Assembly (NCBI GenBank): GCA_013265495.1
Contig: MU058540.1
Coordinates: 333,696-397,695, forward strand
From: Vicugna vicugna
Lineage: Eukaryota
Length of the DNA stretch: 64,000 nucleotides
Direction of reading: 5' to 3'
Positions within the stretch are counted from its first letter, which is position 1; each line of letters opens with the position of its first letter. Positions 40,374-51,800 of this stretch are shown here, in pieces. A program made the translations under genes and the position numbers. Under the pieces are notes generated by a model. That model did no database searches. It had not been told where the DNA came from and saw only the letters and a list, made by a program, of their open reading frames with translations.

Positions 40374-42840
40374 TCAGAACAGTGCCCGGGCAATCTTCCT
40401 CCCTGTGGCCTTGATCCGGGGAAAGGAACCCCCTCCTCCCTCACTTGGGGGAGTTCCTGAGGCAGAGGGGCCACTGGCGAGGCCCAGTGTAGCAGTAGAG
40501 GGCCTTCGCCGCTGCCGCAGGAGGAAGTCGTGTGAAGCTCCATCCATAGCATAAAAGACGTTAGCCGAGGCGGGGATGGTCAGCTCTGTAGGTTCAGAAG
40601 GGGGGGGATCACGCACATACACAACTGTTCCCTGTACAGCCACCCGGATGTGGGTGCACTCCCACTGGTAGGCCCTCCCCTCCTCCCCAGTGTGTCTTCC
40701 CTTACGGCCTCTGACCTCGCTCCCCTGGTAGCAGCTGCACTAGTTCATACTCTGAAGCCACCGCAGAATCACGATTATTTTTCTTCAGGACACGGCTGAT
40801 GACACTTGGAGCCTTGTCCTGGCTTGTCACCTGACAGGACAAAAGACCAAAAGGGCAATAAATTGACTATGATGACCTCCGCTTTCCATCCTTTCAACCC
40901 CAGCCACTGGTCCCAACCAGAAAAGGCTACTCATGTCCAACACCTTAGAGTGAACAGGGAAGCCCAACGTGGTAGCTCCCTGTGCTCTACTGGCCAGCTG
41001 TTCCCTGTGGGGAAACTGCTGTTGGTTCAGAAAATCTAATATGACTACCACAAGTTCAAAGTGCAGCAGCTAATGCAAAGTGACCTTCAAAATAAAACAC
41101 AGCTGCTACAACGAAAGGTCGGGATTAAAACAAATCATCCTCCCATTTCAAAGGCTGTTCCCCAACAACTACAGTCCCACAGGGTACCATCCTTCACCCC
41201 ACCTCCCAGCCCACAGCTCCTCACCAAGATGCTCTTGTAGACACTGCCGTCTTCCCCCAGCTCCATCTGTACTCGGATGATTCGGCAATCAGAGGACCCT
41301 GGCCCGGACCCCCCTCCCCCACATCCAGCCCCACTGGAGGCTGCTTCTGCACCCCCACTGAGCGGAGAGCCACAGGAGGCTGAGCGGCGGTGACCCCGAG
41401 AAGGTCTTGGGGAGGAAGCTGGGGGGGAGAGGTGGCTGGGGTCGGCGGGACTTTGCAGGGACGGAGTGCTTTCCAGGGCGGAGTCCAGAGATGAGACAGA
41501 TGGCCACTTCATGTGCTAGGGACAAACAACATGAGGGAACTGGTGTGAAGGCAGGGAGGTCAAGGAAGAAACATCCATAAAGTCAGGGTCACTGTTGAGG
41601 TCAGCAGTCAGGAGCAGAGCTCACCTGGGCCAGCCGCGTCAGCAGTGGAGCAGGGGTTCCCGGCTCCTCATCTCCCCCTACACTGGGCCGGTCCCAGGAG
41701 ACTATGTGGGTGGGGCCCCCAACAGAACCCAGAACCCTGGAGTGGCAGATTGGGAGGGTCAGAAGAGGAAGAGCAAGTCCCCAAGAGACTGCCCTCCAAC
41801 CCTGACTCCCTCACTCTGTCCACTGCGAGATGACCAGCGTTGGCCGAAGCACCCGCGGGGCAGGAGGGTCACTGGTACCAGGTGGCTCCACCTCACAGGA
41901 CACACGATGGCTGGAGAGGGGGGCAATGGGCAGAGGTCAGAATGTGACACACTGATCCCCACACTCAGTCCAGGCCCTGAAGTCCCTGCCTCACCCAGCC
42001 AGTCACCTCTGGGCCTCTGTCAGTGGCCGGAGTTCCTGTAGCCACTGCTGGATGTCGGGATCGGGTCGGAGGTCATAGCCACGACATTCATTTTGGAGCC
42101 GCTGCAGCTCAGAAAGGACAGCAAACTCCTAGGAAGGAACCCACAGACTGCAGGAGGCACAACTCAGGGACTCCCGACTCTGCCCTCCCTCTTCCCTTCC
42201 TAGGACATGGCCAGGGATGTCCAGCATCCAGCCCATGCACTCCCCTCACCTTCCTCCGCTTGTCAAAATTGATGTATCCATTCTGCAAGGAGAAAGGGGA
42301 TGGGGTAAGCGTCCCAACCCTGCCATAGAGAGAATATCCCCTCTCCCAAACACCCACACATCCACATCCAATTCACACTTCACTCGGCCTCTCTGACTCC
42401 TCCGGCCCTCCCCCTGGCCCCATCCATCATGCCCTAAGCATGCTACCTTCCCCTTTAAACTACACATCACAGGTAGAAATTGTGTCCACTTCACAGATGA
42501 GAACATCAGAACTCAGAAAAGATAAGGAACTTGCCCAAGATCCCAGTATTTGTTTATTTAGCAAACTATCTACATATGCTCACACCTCAGGCATGTTCTA
42601 AGCACTCACCAAATGTTAATTCATTTAACTCTCATGGGATAGCAAGTTCATGTAGACACTGCCACTAGTTTCCCATTTACAGACCACTAAGGCACAAAGA
42701 AGTTAAATAAACTGGTCAAAGTAACAGTCTTGTCAATCAGTGCTTATGCCTTGCAGCCCCTTCTGGAAGGTGTGCCTGACCCTGAGGCCCACTTGTTCCA
42801 TCACTGCAAACCGCGCATGAGCGCTTGTGTGTGCTTGTGT

Positions 42841-42874
<34 letters not shown>

Positions 42875-45800
42875 CACTGACCTCCAGCTCATCCTTGGAG
42901 GCTGCGTCCAGCATCACAAGGTCCTTCAAGAAGGTGCCAAGGTATGGGACTACACCCTGAGGTTAGAGGTGAGAGTCAGTCACCCCCACCACTGATCCGA
43001 GGGCTCCCCATCCCTCCGTACTTCCCTATCCCGCTGCCTGAGAGAACAAGTTTAATTCTCCTCACCCAGATGTGCCTCCCCTTCGCATCCAACAGACTGC
43101 TTCCACTCCTCTACATCCCTTACTCCTTTACAGCCATCCTCCATTTGTTGTCACTCACCCCACCCCGGAAGCCAGACCTCGGGCCCTTCTTGGAATTCGG
43201 CTCTAGAGAGGGTTGCAGCTTCACCTCCTGGTGGTAACAAAACATAAAGATATGGGGGTGGGAGGGAGGAGCAGGGAGGGCTGGCAATGCCAGGGAATAG
43301 GGCCTCACCTGCAGGAGTAGCTCCCGGCTCTGGGAATAATTATCCTCCTCGGAGAAAATCTGGCAGAGGCTGGAGAAGACTCTGAGGCTGTCCCTGGGGG
43401 GGTGGCAGCAGCCTTGAGGATGGGCCTGACTCAGTTCTCCCCTTCCCCACCCTCAACCCAGCCCAGTGCCCCATCCTCCCCACCTGGTTGTTTCCCCCCA
43501 GGCTGCCCGAAGCCTGTGAATGGGGCTGGATTGCAGGGCCGACACAACAGCATAAACTGAAGAGAAGTTTCGGAGCAGGCGGCACTCCTGTGGGGGTCAC
43601 AGAGGGAGGCTGCTGCTGTGGGACCTCTTTCCACACCACAGTCCCCAACAGGGCCGATCCTATCTCTTACTTGTGCCACGCGGATCCACTTCTCCAGGAG
43701 CCGGGCCCTCTGAGGGGGACGAAGTGGCCGGACGGTCACCTCCCCAGGCCGTTCTCCAGTTGAGGTAGCCCCCAGAACCGAGCTGACCACTGCCCCTGCC
43801 ACCTTGTTGAACTGAGTGACAGTAGCCCGGACAGATGGGCAGAGGTGGGAATGTCCTGGCCGGTCTCTGTGACCCCACAGGCCCCCCAGACACTGGGAGG
43901 GGACCAGATTGAGAAACAGCTCCTGCAGGGCAGAGGTCAGAGGTTAAATTTCATAATCAAGTGAGGTCAGCCTTCCAATATCAGGGGTGTGAGGATCTCA
44001 AGTGGCCAAGGATCCAGAGGGACACAGGGTTTGAAGGGCAACAACCAAGGGGAAATGGGGAAAGGTCAAAACTGGGTGGACAGAGGAGACTGGGAGCTGG
44101 ATCAGGAAGGACTGGAAGCAAGGTAAGGATCTGGAGTCAGGGACAGGTTAGTAGGGGGGAAGGGGGCATAGGGGCCAAAGGTCAGGGTCTCACCGCATCT
44201 AGCAGGGTCAGCTGTTCGGCCAAGTGGTCAGCGAGGAACACCAGGACATCCGTGGGGTCAGCAGGGGGATCGCCGGGGAGGGCCAGGGGCTTAGGAAGTT
44301 CAGGGGTCTGGGAGTCCACCCGGGACCGGAGGTTGCGGATGAGGTCAGCGCTGTCCCCCCCAACACCCTCCCCAGCTGCATACCCTGTCCGAAGCAAGAA
44401 ACTCTCAAGCCGGTCAAGCTGACCCTTGACCTCAGAGCCAAAATCCTCAGGGTGAGAGGCCAGCCAGGTTGACAGTACAGAGATGGCTACCCTGGGAGAA
44501 GGCGAATCAGCCAGGGGTCAGATGACAGGCTGCAGCTTGGGCATAGGGAACCGAGAGGTTAAGGACCAGGGGTCACTCACCCTTTTGTCCTCTCTAGTTC
44601 ATCAGTAGGATGAGATTCAAGGGCTTCCAGCCTGAGGAGGGGAAGAGGTTCTATCTGTCCGTTTTTTCCAAACTCCCAGTGGCTTTGACTATTTTGGTGA
44701 CCATTCTGGCTTTAGAAAGTCCAGACACCTCCATGACCCTTGGTCTCTTATGACCCTGACCTGTCAGCCACAAGCCCTAGTAGGGCAGGTGTAGAGGTGA
44801 AGGCCCGGTGGGTGGCCAGGAAGGCTGCTGTGAAGGTCACGTCAGCCCCTGATGTCCGGGCATCCAGCAGGTGTCTGACAAGGGCCTCCAGTGTGCCAGC
44901 TCGCAGCCTCCGGGAGGAACGCGGGGGAGGCCTCGGGGCCTGGGGAAGACAGAGGGCCCTTTTTCAACTCTGCCTATAGGTCTCTGGGGGAAAAAATCCC
45001 AGACCTAAGAGAAGATCTAGGCTCATTGTATTAAAACTCAGAGAGCAGAAGACTTGACCTAAGTCACACAGCAGAGTCCAGTCTCCAGACCTCTAACCTA
45101 GCACTCCAGCCAGAAAGTTGGTCAGAGGGAGGGGAACTGGGAGGCGAGAAGTCAAAGTTATGCTCTCACCAAGGGATCAAGAGGCTGATACTGGCGACTT
45201 GTGACAGTAAAGATGGCACCATCCTCCTCCTCATCCCAGACAGACACAGGGACCTGGAGGAGCAAGGCAGAGTAGGTCAGAAAGTTCCACACCCCAACTG
45301 CCCAACCCTTACTCCCAGGCCCAACTCCTCCCTCGGTACCCCTCACCTGTTGCGGAGGGAGGCAGTACCAGCGAGTACGAGGGGTGGGGGGGGCTGGTGA
45401 CCCCAGGTCTCCCCCACTGGGGCCCAGACAGCCCCCCCCCAGCCGTCTTAGGGCCCGGTGGAGTCTAGGAAGTAGTAGTGGGGGGTTGGATGGAATGCAG
45501 AAACCCTGATTCTGGAGACTGCTGTAGCCCCTTCCCCCCAGAGCTGAACCCCAGAACAGAAGAGGATCAAGGCGCAAAGTGTAGAGAGGGAAAAGAGAGA
45601 AAGGTAGAAAGCCTGAGGCAGAGACCTTGAGAAGCTGAAACCTGTCACAGGCACAGCCGCATGCTCCGCCCTCCCCCGCAGGAACTGGCCAAGCCCAAAG
45701 AGTTAGTCCTTCCCCTTAGCCCCCTTTCCCCGGGTCCCTCAGCCCTGGAGACCCCCCTCAAGGTGGCGGCTCAAATCCTAATACAGGAAGGAGAAGGGGA

Positions 45801-46683
45801 AGTGGGTTGATGGGGGGGCGTAGACTCAGAGAGTCATGTGACCCAGCCCCTCCCCCAACCGATCCCGAAAAACCAGACCTGCTAGTCACCCAGCCCTCAC
45901 CCAGACTCTGGACCCAAGAGTCCAAAGCCTCGGGACCCCAAATCCAACTTCTGGCCCTTCCCGAGGCCCCAATCCCAGCCACCGCCATTAGTCCCATAGA
46001 AAAGCAGGTGACCACCCGCCAATCGGCCTGGGATGGTCCGTCCCTTCAAGGTCCGAGAACCTTGGCTTCCCGCCTCCACCCAGCGCGAGGCTGGTGGGGG
46101 GAGGGGTCACGAAATCGAAGGGTTCCTTCCCCAATCCTAGATTCAGAGGAGCGGGTTACTGTGGAAACAAACCCCTCCCAGGCAAACAAAAATAAGGAGG
46201 GAGGCAGGGACCTAGACAAAATGCCCAGAGACAAGCACACGCGGGCATAGGTGGAGCGGGCCAGAGACCCGCAGGAGAGCCAGCCAACGCTCCTGGCAGA
46301 AACCGGGCAGGTTCCTGCGGGCAGGTCCTGAGTCACACTGCCACAGAGAACCACAGAAACGCCGGGACTCCCCGCAGCGGGGAGACAGGCAGACACCAGC
46401 AAGGGGCACGGAAGTAGCTGAGGCAGGGAGGAAGAGATGAAGGGACACAGAGACACGAAGAGAAAGGTGGAGAGTCTCTGAAATATACACGCCCAACCTC
46501 CCACCACCCGCATCTCACCTCGTCTTCTTCTTCCTCCTCCTCCTCCTCCTCCTCCTGCCCCCCGCCCACGCCCCGGCCACCTGGGCCCCCACCCTCTTCG
46601 GGGTCTCGGCTCCGGAAGCTGCTCAGCACGACTCCCCCGGAGGGGCTCGTGTCCCAAAGCAGCCGCAGGGGCCGCCGGAGCAT
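40374..46683 (-). CDS. RGL2: Ral guanine nucleotide dissociation stimulator-like 2, 17 coding exons, 780 aa
   Basis: Exons 46519-46683, 45170-45253, 44761-44939, 44581-44631, 44194-44491, 43671-43922, 43484-43587, 43309-43393, 43159-43227, 42882-42956, 42250-42282, 42007-42128, 41815-41910, 41625-41736, 41225-41515, 40716-40830, 40374-40585 = 2343 nt; REM, CDC25 ([25 protein letters not shown]) and RA domains; AATAAA at 39942-39947. Confidence 0.96.
42842..42872. repeat. (CA)n microsatellite next to an RGL2 splice donor
   Basis: CA run about 10 nt from the exon boundary at 42882. Confidence 0.95.
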
Positions 46684-47760
46684 GGCCGAGTGAAGGAATC
46701 AGCGGGGTCGGGCCATGGGGGCGCCTGGGGAGAGACAGGAGGGGGAGGCAGGTGGAGAGTCAGGTGGGCGCGGGGAAGCCGGGAGGGGAGGTACGCGGGT
46801 GGGTTCTATGTTTTACTAGATGGGAGTCCTGCAGGGAGGCTGGGCGGGGGGCAACACAGGGGTGGAATGGGGGGGGGCTGGTGCATTTTGAGGATGGGGG
46901 TCACGAGTACGGGAACGGGCAGGGTCACTGGGTGCGCTGGCTCTGACCTGCTCTGGATGGGTGGGGGCAGCGCGGGTCCCGGGCCGCTGTTCCCGTCTGT
47001 CTCCAGCCCCCGATCAAGTTCCTGGACTGAGTCCCTCCCCGGCTTTTCCGCACCCCCTTGTACCCCCCCTCGCCAGACTCCCGGGCCCTCCCGCCCTTTC
47101 CGCTCCCCCCAACGTCCGCCCGCTCCGAGAGCAGGAGCCAAAAAGGGAAGGAAGTGAGGACAGGAGACAGGGCTGCGGACTAGGGGAGCGTTGGACACCA
47201 GAGGTCAGGACCCAGAGGCCCGGGTCCCGAGCAACGCTGTCCTTGGGTCCCACTGACTCGGGGATCCTGGAATTCAATTCGCCCCGCACTGAATTGGGAT
47301 AAAGATTCCAGTCTCCAGCCCCCGGGGAAGGGCAAGAGCAGTATTTGACATCCTCCTCTCCCGACACAACGACGAGGCTAAAACTCCCGCGGGAAGTGTT
47401 TTAGGCTGGGACGGACCTAGTTACTCCAGCCCGCGGGGTTACTCTCCCACCCGCACTCACGCGTATAGCAGGCCGAAATCCACTCCGGCTTTTCCGAGAA
47501 GCCCTCGGCTTCCGCCCGCTTGAAAGGGGGCGGGGCAGGAAGCTGCCACTTCCGGTTCCACACGACGCTCCGGGGTTTCCGAGGCTGGGATCTCTGCTCC
47601 CTTACGGTCACCCCCGGAGGGCCCGAGGCTTGAGGGCATCCTGCCTGCCTTTAGCGGCGCCTGACCCCAAAGTGTTTCGAAAGGGGATTGGGTATCGCAA
47701 AGGCGTTTGAGAGGTCCGGGTCACGAAGGAATCACTGGTGATTGGAAGTCATTGTGCTTG
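46684..47760 (-). promoter_or_regulatory. RGL2 CpG island, promoter and probable non-coding first exon
   Basis: CpG-rich; GC box at about 47526, ETS CACTTCCGG at about 47547; donor GTGAGT at 47455-47460. Confidence 0.7.
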
Positions 47761-48385
47761 GAAAGGGGATCCCTGGAGTAGAATGGAAACATCCCCGTTG
47801 GAAGCACTCGAGCAACTTTATTTCCCACAAGATTAGACCCGCTCCCCGCGTCTGTTTTGCCGACCATTCAACCCCCCTGAGGTCCCTAAGCCGAGGCGAC
47901 CGCTTCCTTCCTCCAATAGTTACTTGCTCCAACACCTGATTTTGAATACTTAGGACGCCAAAAGACTCCAATTTCTTATATTGAGCGTCCTCCAGTGGGC
48001 GCCAGGCCCTTTGCCTGCGCGGAGGACACAGCAGTGGACAGACAGGCTCATCCTGGCCTTGGAGAGGTCCGACAGTCCGGGCGGGGAGACAGGCATTTAA
48101 CAACGACTCGAACGATTACTTAAATACAACCGTGGCGAACCGCACAAGAGGGACACGCGGCGGTCTGAGGGAATAACGAGGTTGACCTGGTCTGGAGCCC
48201 GGGGAGGGCGAGGGTGGACCAGGCCGAGGGAACAGAGCTCTGGGACCCAGGGAGGATAGGAGGCCATTGGAGGAAAGGATCAGCCGCCGGTGGGACAAGC
48301 ATTGAGAGGAGGGCTGGAGAGCACCAGGTGGGCTTGAAGAGGGATGCATAGGCCAGGACAAGAAGAATGGATCTGGCCTCTAGAG

Positions 48386-48706
48386 CACCGGGTCCTATTC
48401 CAGAGGTCCCTGAGACTATTTCAGGGGGGTATTTAAACTATTTTCATAACAATACTAAACTATTATTTGCCTCTTCGCTCTCATTCTCTAAAAAATGTAG
48501 AGTTTTCCTGAAGCTACATGGTGTGTAGTGACATTGTCCTCACAGCTAATGGAAGTGTGCTTGTGTACTCCTGTGTATTAAATTGTTCTCAATTTTAAGT
48601 TCTAATACAATAAATGTCTATAGTTTATAACCCACACAAGAAAAGCTCTATAGAGTCCTTGATAATTTTTAAAAGGTCCTAAGACCAAAAATTTTGAGAA
48701 CCGCTG
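48386..48706. mobile_element. hAT (Charlie-type) DNA transposon remnant in the TAPBP 3'UTR
   Basis: Begins CA, ends ttgagaaccgctg; exact 8-bp TSD ctctagag at 48378-48385 and 48707-48714. Confidence 0.8.
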
Positions 48707-48875
48707 CTCTAGAGCTCTAAGAAGGTGAATACCGTGGATTTGTGTCTTTTAAGAAAACATTCTGGCTGCTCAGTGGAAAGAGACTGAAGGGATCAGGGTG
48801 TACAATTTGGGAGAGTTACTACAATAGCTCAGACCAGAGATGATCGTGGCTTCCCCAGGATGGTGGCGAGTGGCC

Positions 48876-51800
48876 TCACTGTGTTTTCTGGAAGAGAAGT
48901 GAAAAGGAGGTGAGGAATTCAGGATTTTAGAAAGCAGGGTGAAGTGTTTATGGTCAATCCAGAGACAGATTAACATCACAGGCACAGACAGTGGCAGAAG
49001 AAAGAGGCTAACACTTTCTGTATGTTTTCTGCCTGGTGGATGCTGTGCCAAGGGGTTTTGCTCCTGCATCTTTCAAAGGAGATGCACTATCTCTAATCAT
49101 ACCAACAGCCCTCCGAGCCTGTGCTGTCCAGTAGGGAATCCACCACCCACTTGTGTCTGTTGAGCATTTGAAATGTGGCTACTCCAAATTGAGGTGTGCT
49201 GACAGTTTAAAATAAATCCCTGCTTTTGAAGACTTAGGATAGAAAAAACACTGTAATTTCTTATACTGAGTACATGTCGAAGTGATAATAGTAAGGATAT
49301 ATTAGGTATCTTCTTACCTTTTTAATGCAGCCACTAGAGTATGTACTTAAATTTACTTCTGTGGCTTGCATGATATTTCTGTAGGACAATGCTGCCTAAG
49401 TAACTTACTGTTTAATTTTTTTACTTAATTTTTTTTTGAAGGTACTGGGGATTGAACCCAGGACCTTGTGCATGCCAAGCATAAGCTCTACCACTGATCT
49501 ATACCCACACCCCCATCCCCAATTTTTTATCCCTACATCCAAGAAAGCTGAGGTGTAGCATGTTCAAGGTGGCCAGATTTAACAGAGGTTTGTGTGAATT
49601 CCAAGTCTGGTTTCTACCCACCAGGCCAGCAGCCTCCCTCGTGGGGGAGGAGTTGGCAGGAAGGGTTAAATGAGAAGGGAAAGATAAAGGAAGGTGGAGT
49701 GTTGTTACCTTCTCTGTTGAATCCTTGGAGGTGGCCTGGTATGCAGCTGTGGAGAGAGATGGAGAAAGGATGGGATGGGGGAGTATTAGGGCAGAGGAAT
49801 GGGGGTGAAGCTTCTGGGAGTAGGCAGAGAATGTCTGCCAGTCAAGGGTCCCAGTCTAGGTGGGGTTCACACTCACCAGCCCAGCCCAGCGCCTTGACAA
49901 GCCCGAGGATGAGAAAGGCAGACAGGAAGAGGCCTACACCATCCTCCAGAGAGGGCCCAGAGAGACCTGGCAAGGAGAAGCTGTAAGAGTGAGTCTTACA
50001 TTCCCAGGCACCAGACCCCAGCTTCTCCATCCTCCCAGCTCTTACCTGCCACCTGCAGGGTGACCTCGGCGCTGCGCCCCAAGGCTGGCAGGCTAGGGTG
50101 GTGGACACGACAGGCATAGCGTGCCCCATGCTGCCTGGTGGTGACTGGGGGTGGCTGCAGGTGTGCAGAGAGACTGACAGAGCCATCTGAGTGGTAGCGC
50201 AGGGCGGACAGCCACCTCTGCCCCTCGGCCTTCTGAAAGCTGCCCTCTGGACCTCCCCGGAGCTCCCACTCCACCTTCAGGCTGTCAGAGGGGTAGAAGT
50301 GGGACACCAGGCAAAGCAACTCTGGGGGTGCCTCCCCAGGGGCGGCCCATACAAGAGGTGCTGGTGTCAGGGACACCGTGGGGGGCTCTGAGGAGAGAGT
50401 GAGAAAGGAACATGGGGGAATCAGTCTACATTGCCCTGCCTCGGAGACCCTCAGTGGGCCCTCTGGCTCCCCCAAAACTGAGAGGGGTTTGGGTTTTTTC
50501 TTCCAGGATGGGGAGCCCACCAACTGCCCATTGGTGTTTCACAGGAATCCCTGTGCCAAGGCCCCTATTCTCAGGGACCCCTATTCCCTCAGATTTGGGA
50601 ATGTTCATCCCAAAGCCCCTCTGACACCCAGGGACCCAAGTCTGTCTCGCTCTACTCACCCAGCACCCTTTTCTCCACCATCCCTCCCCTTGTCATGGTG
50701 TCCCCATAACCCCAATGACCACCCTCTACCCATGGGGTCCCCTATCCCCTCACTCACTCTGCACAGCAAGCTCCAGGGTGATCTGCCCTTGCAGGTATGG
50801 CAGGTGTACAATGGCCAGATAGGTGCCCTCCTGGAAGGGCCGCACTGCAGGCAGCCAGAAGGTTCCATTTCCGGTCCATGGACCTAAGGGCTCCTCATCA
50901 TCCCAAGCAGCAAATGCCACCGCTCCCTCTTGGGCAACTGGCATTTGCACATTCAGCCCAGGAGTTGCAGCCAGCAGCAGGTGCCCCTTACCCTGGTGTT
51001 GCCGTCGCCACTCCAGTCCAAAGGGAGGGGGACCTGGGGCCAGACATGTAGCAGCCTTGAGGGTGGGGGACATGTAAGCAAAGCTCAAGTCCAGCAGGGC
51101 ATCTTCTCCCAGTCGGATGCGAGGGATGGGGGTGTGAGTGAGGACAGTCAGCACAGCTAGGGAGCATGGGGAGAGGAGGGAGTGGAGGGGCATGCGGGAG
51201 AGAAAGAAGGAAAAAGCAGAGACATGGAGTTATGGGGGGATTCAACTCCAATTTACCACCCCACCTTCTTCCACCATCTCCCAGCCCTCCCTGCAAATCC
51301 CCTTTGCCTGAGACTGGGTGGCACCCGGTATGACTGAGAGTGAGCAGAGAGGTCTAGAGGCGAACAAGAGCAGTGAATGGGGATGGCCATTGAAGGCTGC
51401 TCTGAACACACAGCCCGCTCAAGCTCTGAGGACAGCGGGATCTGAGTGTGCTTCTGACTCAACCTGAACCAGTCCAGTCTCCATGCTCCACCCTTGGAGA
51501 GCCAGGCCTTTAGTTTGCTGATGAAGACTCAGGACTGTCAACCCTGTGGTGCTATAAAGAGTATTTACCGACTCTGGAGGGTTCTGGTTTTTGCCTAAAC
51601 CTGAACACAGACTGCTGTGATCTACTGAGGCAGTATATGCAGTAAGTACCTGGAGCCTTGTGGCTCCATTAAATAAATAAACAAACAAACAGACACACAA
51701 ACCTAATTATCTCCCCACAAAAAAAAAGAGGGAAAAAGAAAAAGACAGGCAGCCTCTGCCCTCAAATTGTGTACAGTCTAATAAGGCAGATAGATGATCA

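Noticed and set aside
46046..46657. 203-aa alternative-frame ORF over the first RGL2 coding exon
   Set aside because: Runs through the splice donor into the intron; explained by GC content and the GAG repeat
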